Assembly: GCA_040954595.2 (NCBI GenBank)
Contig: CM082587.2
Coordinates: 3,418,275 to 3,482,274 of the forward strand
Origin: Balanoglossus misakiensis
Taxonomy: Eukaryota > Animalia > Hemichordata
Reading direction: 5' to 3'
Length of the DNA stretch: 64,000 bases
Shown: positions 13,401-25,700 of the stretch, piece by piece
How positions within the stretch are numbered: the stretch's first letter is position 1
Layout: the number at the start of each line of letters is the position of its first letter
Position numbers and translations under genes: made by a program
Notes under the pieces: generated by a model
Seen by the model: the letters and a program-made list of their open reading frames with translations, nothing else
The model's database searches: none
Told to the model about the DNA's origin: nothing

Positions 13401-15135
13401 ATCTCTTTGTCAATTTTTCACTTCGTTTCAGAGTGGTACAGTTGTCCGAGGCAGGGTAGCAGACAGCAACAAGCCACGGACTTTCAATCAACTGTGGACC
13501 ATAGAGGAACAGCGGCGTCTGGAAGAGCTTCTTGTCAAGTTCCCACCGGAGGAAGTAGAAGCAAGAAGGTGGGAGAAAATAGCCAAGGCGCTTGGTAATC
13601 GAACAACCACACAGGTGAGAATTCCTTCATTTACAGGGTGGTAACGTACCACAAAAACAATAGCAGAGTTTTAGACTCCTCTTACATATAGGTGTCAGCA
13701 TCATACATGTAACTGGTTCTGTAATCAAACTTTCCATTTTGAAATCCAGGTTGCCAGTCGAGTACAGAAATATTTTATAAAGCTGGCCAAAGCAGGGCTG
13801 CCTGTTCCGGGACGGATACCAAATTTACAGTACCACACCAACCGGTCTAAGGTTTGTAGAAAGTACTTTTATCCATCTGTCTGAGTCACAAAACTCATCG
13901 CTTGAACATGTCTAATGCAGGACACAATAATTAGATAAAATATTATACAAAAAGACAGTACTATTATTTACCAGGGCTTTATTTACACCCCTCACACCCA
14001 GCAGAGGAGACAGCATGCGTACAGCAGACCCTTGTTCCCCGCGTCAACAATGCTACAGTCCCATGTGCCACCGGTCTACATGACAGAAGATGAGGGCGAC
14101 ATGTATAGAGATGACCTGCCTTACTGTGACGAAGACCAGTCTATCTCTGTAAGTACCAGTCGTCACAGTTTTCTTCTGAGTGCTGCTCTCTGAGGCTCTA
14201 CGATGCTAGGAGCCGGCTGGTTGCTCCTTTTCATTGATTTACAATCAGACGTACACTTGTCACAAATGTTTTGTTTTTCTCTCTGTAACAGGACGACGAA
14301 AGCATCCCGGAAGCTCTGAGAGAATCCGAAGAATATCACGAAATGATGAGAATGAAGATGATTAAACGGGAGAAAGTGAAACAGCAGGTAGGTCACTTTG
14401 GAACAGAAATGTCTCCAAATTCCATTAGAGATTTGCAAATTCACCTCAGCTCAACAGCTGATAGTATGGGTATATCGCATATTATGTATATAACAAACAT
14501 CGTCAGCAGCTAAACAAGTGTACCAGAACACTTGGTGTACTTTGTGATCACTTTGCTATTCTTCTAGACGATTCATCTGCTATCTTTATTCTTTTTGCCC
14601 AATTCCAGCAATATGGTCAAGCCCAGCACATCAGTTACAGCTGCGACGGGTGTCAATGTGAGCCCATCATTGGAGTCAGGTGGCACTGTCTGGAATGTCC
14701 GCCGGAAATGTCGGTCGACCTCTGCGAGAGCTGCTTCGAGTTGTAAGTCTGATTTTTCAAACTTAAAAAAATCATGTCACTGACATATTGGAGAGGCACA
14801 GTCGAATAAGTATAGACATGAGAATGTGCTGTATTGAGAAATGTGTACAGTTATTGCCAAAAAACAGGTTGGTCAACCATGGTTATTTTTAAGGGACTCT
14901 GATCCTGAACACCTCAAAGACAGCTAATCCCAGAGCACCAAATCTTATTCTTTTTTTCCTCTTTTGCAGTGGTCATGTGTCAGACATGCACACAAGTCAT
15001 CATCGCATGGAACCACTGCATTACGCCGAAGCAGCCCCGAGTTTCATCGATGGAGACTACACACAGTTCAGCCCCTTCACCGGGGATTATAACTATCTGG
15101 ATCCCAATTACAACCCCCACAAGCTGCCCTCGTAG
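10456..15135 (+). CDS. ZZZ3: ZZ-type zinc finger-containing protein 3 (ATAC complex subunit)
   Basis: Exons 10456-12542, 12657-12795, 12970-13117, 13272-13342, 13432-13614, 13750-13851, ~14002-14148, 14292-14387, 14609-14742, 14970-15135. Myb/SANT domain [42 protein letters not shown]...[22 protein letters not shown]; ZZ finger [22 protein letters not shown]; C-terminal YNYLDPNY; AATAAA at 15636. Confidence 0.95.
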
Positions 15136-16216
15136 ACCCCCCTACCCTTACATTAGACAATCGGATTGTGAACAAGACCGTTCCACTGGAGACCTGTAGC
15201 ATTCCAAACAGTGCATGAGTGCATCTCGACAGATATCTGCCACAACAGTGACCATGGCTGTTTTTTCCACCCATCAAGAGACATTTCAAAATAGGTTCGA
15301 TTTTGACCTGATGTGTATTTTTTCTCTTCATGCTAGGAGTTAGTTGCGCTGTTTTGCTGAACGTTCACAGACTGAATTGCTGGTGATCTGACCACTGGCA
15401 GGATTTCAGTTGTGTTGCACAGTTTAGTTGTGCCATAGACACTAGTGTCTATGGTTGCTCTCTGATTGTAGAAGTTATACACACCCCACTCGTGACATGA
15501 CTGTTGTTACGGTATTGGTTGCCATAGCTTGTTTGCATCATTTGACTCCCCAAGTATCCTGTAAATGTGTACGTCTGGAGATGCATCTGTGTAAACACTT
15601 TCCAGGGGTTTCGAGTAGCAGAGATTTGGAACTACAATAAATCATGAACTCTCAGTAATTCTGTGCTTTTCAGTTTCTAACATCTTTTAATGAACAAAAA
15701 AGCCACAGAACCGTGTTATGGCTATCGACAATTTGCATATTGTAGCTCTCCATTTGCATGTGATAATTTTAATTTGCATGAAATGTGCCAGGTGTGACAT
15801 TTAAACATCTGCCTGAACCAAATTTAAGTGAACAAATTTATCAGGGTAATGTATGACCTGTAGTGTATTTCACCAGTATTCCTGCCTGCACCAGATTCTG
15901 TATTTGAGGTTATTCTGATTTGAATGTGAAATAAATGAAATGTTTTGCTCTTTGAATTGAAAGAAATGTGTACTGTAGTCCTTTGCTGTGAGTTGCTGTT
16001 TGCATCTAATCTTTAGAAGTTCTTTCCCTTCTGACATCATAACACATTTCTCTGATAAGGCTTGTGCTTTTTCTTTTCACATTCCTCAAATAAAGTCTTG
16101 TTTATATTTCACCCAGCCATTCTTATATTTCTTCACACATATCTGTCATAATTAAACCGAAATATTTCTGAAAAAAGGGTAGAGGTCAGACTACTTTCAC
16201 AGTTGCAACATATCAA

Positions 16217-17340
16217 TTACAAAGGTTTTTGAAAGACAACATCTTCTTCAGCACTCATGAAAGCTAAGAGACCCTCCTTCAGGGTAGATCTTTCTTTGAT
16301 GAACTGGAGAACTGCATCCACCATCGACTTGGGCGCCGTTTCTCTAAACTTAGCTTTCTGCGTAAGAAAGTCCAACATCAAATTACCATCTTCAGAGTAC
16401 GGGTCGAAAACTAGAGACACATCGTGAGCGATGTCCCGTGAGTGTGTGGTCACTACCCCGTCTTTAGTCATCAAATAATTGCTTACATCTTCTGACTTTG
16501 GAAAATGGGAATCTCCAAAGTTGAACTTTTCACAAAATCTCCCACAGTCACCTAGAAGATAAAATACGGTAGGTGTCGGTCCTAATTATTGGCCTATAAA
16601 AATGTCACGGACTGTCATAGTCAACAGCGTATTAACAATTCTTACTATTTTGTTTGATGCTTGTCACAGCCAAGATGCCGTTGGGCAGCAGGCGGTTCAT
16701 CATTTGCTCCAGTGCACAGGTCCAATCTTCCAAGTACATGTACATTAAACTGTGGATCGATATGACAAAATCAAAGGCATCTTCCTCGTCGCTTTTATGA
16801 TGACTGTCGCTCACATACTGCTCAAAGGTTTTGAGCTGCCAGTCAAATCTGACACGAACATTTCCTGTGTTCCACATAATTTTTTCGGCCGCTGACCGGA
16901 ACGCTCCAGCTTGTTCTACGGCTGGTTCAACCACTCTGACAAAAAGCTTCGAGTGTTGTTCCAATAGCCTTGCGATTATCAATTTCTCCTTTGATCCTGT
17001 AAAAACAAACACAAAACAAAGTGACCATACCTGACATACGTATTGCATCACCGATTACAATAATAACAGTTGCAACATCATAACATCATAGCCGCAGTGT
17101 CTTAATTCAATTAAAACATTTGTATAACCAATATCAAATATTCATCTCACCCTCTCCCGATCCAATGATCAAGACACGAAGTTCTCTTCCCTCGCTACAA
17201 ATGTCCTGGCCGACAGAACTTATAGTGGTGTTCCAGTGAGAATGCCATTGATTTTGAACATCATCTTTGGTCTTTGAAAGGAAGACGCTGAACGCCTTAA
17301 AATAGTAATCGGTGTCTTCATTGATACTCGTCAGAGACAT
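16217..17340 (-). CDS. Histamine N-methyltransferase-like class I SAM-dependent methyltransferase
   Basis: Exons 17340-17151, 16996-16646, 16551-16217. Motif I LRVLIIGSGEG, VVEPAVEQ, FDFVISIHSL and DGNLMLDFLT...F...AP run colinear with HNMT; orthology not established. Confidence 0.85.
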
Positions 17341-18081
17341 GGTTGGAACTTCGATGTGCCGATCTGGTATCTGTGATCATACAAAGTGTTCACCAACGCT
17401 TGTTGGCAATTGTTTCTTGCCCAAACCAAGCCTCATCTTAAAACTCCTCTCTATCTCAGTTTATTGAGATATGGGCTTCGTTTGTATGATGCCATTAAGT
17501 TATTGTTCTTTCCAACGACTTAGACAGGTTAATCAATGTCTTAACACCATTGTTCTACCACTATGAGGGTTCGAACTTGGATATACTAGTATATACTGTT
17601 CATTTTAGACAATAAAGTAGAGGCCACATTTGACTTCCCACTGAAGTACATGTACTTGGCCATCTCGTCTCTCTCTCTCTCTCTCTTCATCCCAAACCTA
17701 TCCCATAAGTGTACACCATACAGCGCTACCATAAAGGTAAAAAAGAAGAAGGTACACCGACCTGATAATAGAAACGTACGGTTTGGAAACCAGGGAGTAC
17801 CGGTATGGTGCAGAAAGGAATCGGTTCAACCATGGACGTAAAAAGAGAAGGACATAGGACTGTCCCTTGAGCTATTGTTCAGGTGAAGGTTGCCGTCGCT
17901 CCGTTATCTCCTATTATATTATACCAGTATATTGATGGTGTAAATCACGCTATTTTATTGGTCGAGACACGACACGTGACCGTGATATATTAGCCATATA
18001 CCACAGTCATATATCATAGTCAAAGAAAATGCCTTTTTAAATTGTTTTATGCAAAGTTTCAACATACTGGCATAATATAAT

Positions 18082-18224
18082 AGCAATAAAACACCCCCAG
18101 CCATGGTATACCACTCGATTTTGACCAGTTCAACTCCATATACGCACTCGCTATCGCTCGTGCGTATATGTCGTGAACTGGTCAAAATCTCGTGGTATAC
18201 CATGGCTGGGGGTGTTTTATTGCT
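18082..18224. mobile_element. Palindromic MITE-like element (143 bp near-perfect hairpin)
   Basis: AGCAATAAAACACCCCCAGCCATGGTATACCAC at 18082 and its exact reverse complement ending at 18224; inner arms also pair (GATTTTGACCAGTTCA / TGAACTGGTCAAAATC). Confidence 0.8.
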
Positions 18225-19776
18225 TAAATACTCCTTCACTGTGTATACGTATACAGCGACAACGGTCACCCAATGTCAAAGGACAGCATAGACATAGAGA
18301 ACACAATAGTGTGAATGGGCTATTTACGTCCATGATTGAACACAGTCAATGATGTTTCAACTGGCCGGCCACTGCCAACAAGATCATTATGATTACAAAA
18401 TGTATTTACGTCTATGACATGTTGTATTCTAGACTATAAAATTTGTACTCAAGTTAGGACTTGAATGCATTTGTCATCAATAACAATAGTCTGTGCACAT
18501 AAATATACTTCATTGAATGTTTTGTGTGTGTTTATTTGCCAAGCTAGGTTTACATTTTTCTATGATTCAAGAAAGGCCAATATGCAAAGAAAAGAACACT
18601 AGGGGTAGGTTTTTTTTTTTTTATCTCAACAACAGTGACAAAAGCAAAATTCCCATAATGTTACACATGACCTAGATTGCGGGAGGCAATTTTTCCGGGT
18701 TACTTTTGAAATGACTAAATTAATATCTCAAATTTATTTATCAAAACCTTATTGCAGAATGGATAGAATTAGCCATTCATATAAATAAAAATAGCAGCAA
18801 TGCATACACAAACATGCAAAACACCAAACTGTACAAATAAATAAGGAAAAAATAAACAAATACAGAAAGTGAAAAAAGAAACAATAATATCATAATAATT
18901 CTAACATCTCTTTTGCAATGATTTAAGCTGCAAGTTGAAAGTTAAGGAAGGAATTTCTGAATTAAAAATATAACTTTGTATATTTATTCCAAAAATATTT
19001 GCATCTTCAAGGTGCATTGATGGATGATAAAGCAAAAAACAAGGTGATAGTTGTATATTTATGAAATTTAAAGTAATTATACCCATCCGCTTTAGTGAAA
19101 AAGGAATTTTTTTTCTTTTATAATAAAAAAAATTCTTCAACTAATCACGTTTCTAGATACAAGTCATCATACGCCAACGTCAGCATCTAAACTACGTCAC
19201 TAAACTATAAACAGAGCTTGACTTTTGTGGAATGTTCAAAATTATTCTCTATCTCAAAATATTGCTTGAATAAATGACATTTTAAAGCCTCTTTTTACTA
19301 TAATATGACATTGAAATGTCTAAAAAGGACACACTTTTTACAAGTTTGCATTAGTAGCAATTAAATAAATTAAAATGACTGTAAAATCCCTACTATTCCC
19401 TGATATGCACATACCACTTTCACAGAGGTAATGCCCAGCATATGAATCTGTTTTTCCCTTCTGTTGCAAGAATTTATTTGTTAGAATGTGTCTAAGAAAA
19501 GGCACAGTTCCCATTTGGAATTGTACAACTGTTATTTTTTTCATGATAATATTGACAATCTTTCCAGATGCCACAAGGTTTAACTGAACTTGAAAAGGCT
19601 CATGAGCTGCAATCTTTGGCATTATTTTCATGATTTTCCTTTCAAACAAAAATTAGTCGTGCAGGCGCAATGAATATCTGAGAATATTGGAAGGCATTAA
19701 AAAACATCATGGACAGTAAGTTCATGATCCGGTGATAGACCCAACTCCCACCCTGCCTAGGGAGTCCAAACAAACC

Positions 19777-22700
19777 TCAACCCGTGTTACACTGTATATC
19801 ACTTGCATCTGAGCTCTCTAGGTTGGCCAGCAGATTATTCAAATCATCATCCATCTGTTCCATCTGTGCCCGCAGCATGTCCATGACCGTGCGCTGAGTG
19901 ATGTACCGGGAGAGCAGAGCTGAAAGGGAAGCAAACATGAATGACATATCTGAGTAGTTCTGGAGATGATGCCTTGTTCCCCAATAAAGTATTTATGTCA
20001 GAGCAGACCAGCTCTTTCTCTCCTTTCACTGAAAATAAACATTATACTACGGGATAGTGACCATTTGATCAGAATGACCCTTGACACAGCTCATGTGTAA
20101 AACTTACAGTTCAGGTCTGCTATCATCTTGACCTGATCGATGTCTTGCATCAAACCTCTGGCTGAGTCACTCACAGTCTTCACCTGCTGGTGCTCTGACA
20201 CTGCTGAGTTGTACGCACTGGAGACCTGCCCACTGATGTCAGTTTGCCGTTCGGCATTGTTTGTGTATGACTGTGAAAAAGATACAAAAAAATTAAATCA
20301 ACAAAACTGATGGAGTCATCATTTTTTTCCCAGACTAAACATCCATGTGCACAGAGGTTCTTGTATAGCAATGCATACAGATAACTTCACACTTCAGGAA
20401 TCAGCTATGGGTCCATAGCGCTACCACAATCATATTCCTGGCAGTACCAGCTCCTTCATGTCACAGCTCTTACATGAATGAAATGACTTCAAGCAAACTG
20501 CACGCGAAGTGTGTGATGGATCAGGAAAACTCTCCACTGTTAGTTTATACTATGCTGGAGACTTAACGTATCTTTCAATTCCATTGAAGCTTTAAACTGC
20601 AATATCGAAAGTCAGAATAGCACACGAGGAGTGAATGATTAACATACTTCCACAGCTTCCTGGGTGTCGGCTTGGGCTTGGTTGGCCGAGGACACCGCAT
20701 TCTCCGCCTGGGAGACTTTGTCCGAGAAGCAGTCATCGGTTGCCATGACATCACTGCGGATGGCTGCTATGTTCTGTGCTGTCTCCTCTCCCAGTGCGTT
20801 CTGTTCAAGTCCTTTTTCTTGTACCTGTGTTACATTATTAAACACAAGTCAGAATCTGACTCATTGTACTCTATCATGTGTGTTTACAAAAAGAAAAGTC
20901 ACAGGTAAGGCTTGCATATCTAAGCTATGTTCCCAAACTATTATAAGCCTCACCTCATCAGCGATGCTGTGGATGTTTGTGACGTTCACATCGGTTCCAT
21001 TCATGCTTTCTTGAGTGTCTGTTCTGGCGATGTCTGCTTCTCGTAGAGTGTTTTGAATTCCCTGCACCAATTCCAGGGCCGCCTGGGCTTCCACCCTGTT
21101 AAGAAACATTTGAAAAACATAGTGAAAGACACTGCCTCTGAGAGAAGTCTTGTATTGTGGGGATATATCACTGTTATAAATGACTTACTCTGCTTCCAAT
21201 GAATTGTTGAGCGCCATGATGGCAGCATCTAAGGTGTTCTGGGCTTGTTCCAGGGTATCTGCCACAGCCTGTTCGGAGATCTGCGTACTGGTGATCTGTT
21301 CAGCCAGTGTGGTCATGTCCGAGAGGGGTCGAACGGTCCGCCCGATCACTTCTGTGTTCATCGACTGCATCTGCGTGGTCTGGTTGTCTGCGTTTGTGAG
21401 TTGCGAGTAGGCATTCAGTACATCAACGTAGTAAGACGTCATGTTGCTTTTGGCGTACATAGCAGCAGTCTGTGGAAATTAAGTTGATATTACATGTATA
21501 CCTCAAATATGACCAGCCTATACAAACTAGCAGTAGTTTTGAGTTATTTCACAAAAAAGTGGAAAAGATTATTGCAGGTTACATTACACTTTGAGTAAAT
21601 CTGTCAATCATTATACAAGTACTGCAGAGGTATGTGGGCAGTGAGGGATATGCATTAATAATTTGATATGTGTAAAATGTGTAACGTGCATCTAAGATTC
21701 ATCAATGTTAAAGCTGATGCTGTCAGAATATTTATGTGTGAACTAAGTGTATTATTGTGCTGGCATTTGCATTTACCTGGAATGTGAGTGCAGCAGACTG
21801 TGCGTTCATTGCTGAAGCCTCAGAGTTAGTAGCATTGTATTTAGCAATCTGACTTTGATACAGTTTGACTTCCGCTTCTTCCCTGCGCACTACACCCAGG
21901 TCAGTGGCAAGGTCGGCCGAGGTGTTGGCGCTGACTGCCTCGGCGTAGGCCTGGTCCACCTGGGACTGCACCTGGGCGACCGGGTACTCACTCTGGATGG
22001 CGTCGATGTTGGCCAACAGGTTGGTGTTCTGCTCGTTCTCCTGCTGCAGGACGTCGTTGGTGATGAGCGTGACGGCCGCCTCCCGGTCGCCCGCTGCCAC
22101 CTCCAGGGCGCGCAGCAGTGACTGCACCTCGTTGACCAGTGACTGCACGCGTGTGTTGAAGCCCGTCACCGAATTGTACATGCCCTCGATGCTGTACCAC
22201 GAAGAGTTGGCCGCCTGGAAAAGACTCTCCTGGGTTGCCAGCGGCGACGCGAGATCTGCCTGTATCTGCTGCGCGGTTTTGAAGACTCCACTTTCGACTT
22301 CCACGTTGCCCGTGTAGGATGCGACGTCCGTCAGCGCTTGCGTCACATTGACTTCTTTGTCTTCGATGATGTCGAGCATTTCAGAAAAGTTTCCCACTTC
22401 ATACTGGATCTAATAAAATGAGAAAACCAGGTAGCTTGGAGGTGAGGGTCTAAAAGTAGTTTGAAGTTTGGGGTTGTATGCAGGGGGAGACACCACAGAC
22501 TACTTCACCTGTTCAAATCCTTGCTGTATCTCTGCCAACTCAGTTGCTTCTTCCATAGCGGCAGCTATGACTTGCTCAGCATAGGAGAGGTTCCCCCTGA
22601 TGTAGAGTATAGTGGCATCCACTGTCTCCACGGACATGTTGTTGTAGTTTGACAGCAGGTTGATAGTGGCGGCATATTGGGCTTGGAGTTGGTCGCCCAC

Positions 22701-25700
22701 CTCTTGGATGGAGTCGGCCCAGTTGTGGAAACACTCTGGGCAAGGGCTGCAATCTGGCCAGGGACCTGAAGCAGTACATAATGAGCAAAGTCACACCGTG
22801 GTAGGACAACCACTTTGCACCAAAATTTTCTCCCCAAACGATGAAATCCAATCAAGACATTTCAAGTTTTACGTGAAAAGTAATGGATTACTGTTAGCCT
22901 TCGTTGATACAAACATAATAAAACAAAGACAACTTACCTGTAAAAACTTCATCAACATACTCATTCTCATCTGGCGATAAAACAGAAAATATATTAAGTA
23001 AACTTCATCAGGAACACAACCATTTCATTTTTTCTTGTCTTTAATTAGCCATCATCATCTAAGTAGCAACTTTTACGGTTCAAACTCACCATCACCAACT
23101 CGTCCACACTGATCGCAAACCCGACCAGCAATGGTTGGTTTGTTGCAGTAACACTGACCAGTCAAGAGCTCACAGCTGATACCCAGAGATCCGTTCAGAT
23201 TACAATCACAGGCTGTTGGGAGAAATGGATATTATTATTGGCTGCTCTAGCTGTGCACCATAATAACCAAAATAATGTCTTTACACCCTCATTTAACAGT
23301 CAGATAAAATTTCACATAATACTTACGGATACACTCCAAGTCTATGTTGTAGTAGCCATCAATGCATTGGTCACACTGCAATCCTATGGCTCTCTCTTTA
23401 CAGTCACACTGGCCATTTGTCTGACAGGGAAAGAAAGGATAGTTTGTATCTGTTACTTGGAGATTTGGTTTGGTTTTTCAGTTTTTAAAACCTCTGAACA
23501 ACACCAGTTCTTGACAGGTGTCCGTCCGTCCGTCCATCCGTTCGTCATATGAGTGTAAGAGACATTGACTATTAGTCCCATTAAAAAAGGTTGAATGTGC
23601 AGAATAGTGCAGGTCACAGGAATTCTCGTACTTACCAAGTTACACTGCCACTGTCCTGGCAGGGTGCCGATCACATGACAGTCACACTCAGTGCACCCAT
23701 CTCCGCTTTCAAAACCCCAGCTCCTGGCCGCACATTCCGTGCATCGGTCGCCAACGACATTCGGTTTGCACAAACAGATGCCGGTATCCTGGCTACAGTT
23801 GCCATAGCCACCAATGGGATCGCAGTCGCATTCTGTGGCATGAAGAGGATGGAATTAACATTGCAATTTAAGAGATCTTTGATTAAAATTGCAAAATCTG
23901 TTTAAATGTGTGCAGAAGGGACTCACCTTGGCAATTGTCAATGCTACCCCAGAATCCAAACTCGCAGACTTCGCATTGTAATCCCTCTGTGTTATTCCAG
24001 CAGTCGTTACACTGCCCTGTGACGCTGTTACATTCGTGAGGGCTCAGGTTACAGAAACAGGCTTGGCAAACTCCACCTTCATTCTGTGTTGGACAGAAGC
24101 ATAATAAAATAATGGAACTTTCATAACAATTGCTTCTTAAAAATGGAAACTCTTTCTTTTAACAAAACAAATTCAAATAAGGTTTCTCACCGAATAGTCT
24201 TCTGGTGTCCCATAATACCCCTGCACACACACTTGACAACGGTTGCCACCGTGACCCTCAGCACAGTTGTCACACTCGTATCCCTCAGAGAAGCCACTAT
24301 GTACAACACAGGTGTCTGAGAAGGAATTCTGGCCGGCTGGTCCAGGGCACAAACATGGCTGGCAATCATCTGAAATGGAATCAAATAACAAAGTCATTAC
24401 ATACTGGATAGAATGAAATCAAGAACCAGAAACAGCTGACTACGTCGTACTGGAAAGGTGATTCAATGAATACACAGACTGTGAGACAACAGAGGGACAG
24501 AGGAGCACAAAGATTTCCGTGAAACCCCAGGGAATAGATGACATGTTGCTTGGTATTTTATCAGTTATTGTTTGATTATTAATAAAATAAAAGTTATTCT
24601 TTCCCCCCAAATCCTGTGCCAGTGGAGGTAAGCCACCTTTACATGTACCTCTATGTTTGTCCACTATCAGTGTATATCGCTAAAGAAACAGTCCTTATCT
24701 GTTAATTGCCATGGCTAAGCCCACTGATTAGTTTTTCCAAGAGATTATCATTCACACCTGATTAACCCCTACACAAACATTGTGTGGTCAGCTGACCTGG
24801 CTATATTAATACATGTATTGACAGAGAAATACTGAATTGACCCTAGATACAAATGTACTCTAGGGTCTACGTTTAGACAAACAGTTGAATGAACTCGACC
24901 AATTCTGACTCACCAGCTGTTCCAAGAGTAGCATCGCCATAGTAACCTGGCATGCAAACTTCGCACTTGTCACCAGCTGTGTTATGAACACACTCGATGC
25001 AAACTCCAGTGTCTGGGTCACATCCAAGGTCGCTGTGTCCATTACAGTCGCAGGGAATGCACTCGGAGAACGGGCCAGCGCTGGGATCGGCTCGTGTGTA
25101 TGTCACGGCACAGTTTTCACAGAAGTTACCCTTGAAATGATCAAATTGGATGTTTTTAATGACTTGTGCAAATATCGTGTAAATGTATTTTCACATTTCA
25201 ACATCATGGTGTGTTAAGTAATGGATAAAAACTTACAGTATACTCTGGAGGGCAGAAACACTGCTCCACATTGTCTATTGTAGTGTTGGACATTGTCACA
25301 TTGTCTGTGGAGAACTCCAGACCTACGGCATGCAAGACACTCTTCTCTTCTGGGGTCTGCAAATTTAAAAAAATCATTTGTTACTTAATATACAGCCACA
25401 TTCAAACACAGCATGGGAAAATTGAACATTGAGTAATTTTTCTGATCAGTTTTGCATGAAGTTCTATTTTTAATAACACATTCTTAACCAAGCAAATAAC
25501 AAATGCACAGGAACCTACCGTGGTGTACTTGGCCCTGATGAAGATATTCTCGACGCCGGCTAATACACGATAGAATTCGTTGAATGTGGCCGCTTGTCCG
25601 TTTGAGACACTACCATAGTACCAGGATCCATCAATTTCATTCAGTGTGTACTGTAAGGAGAATGCAGACATCACTTGAAATCCATAACAAACAAAAAATG

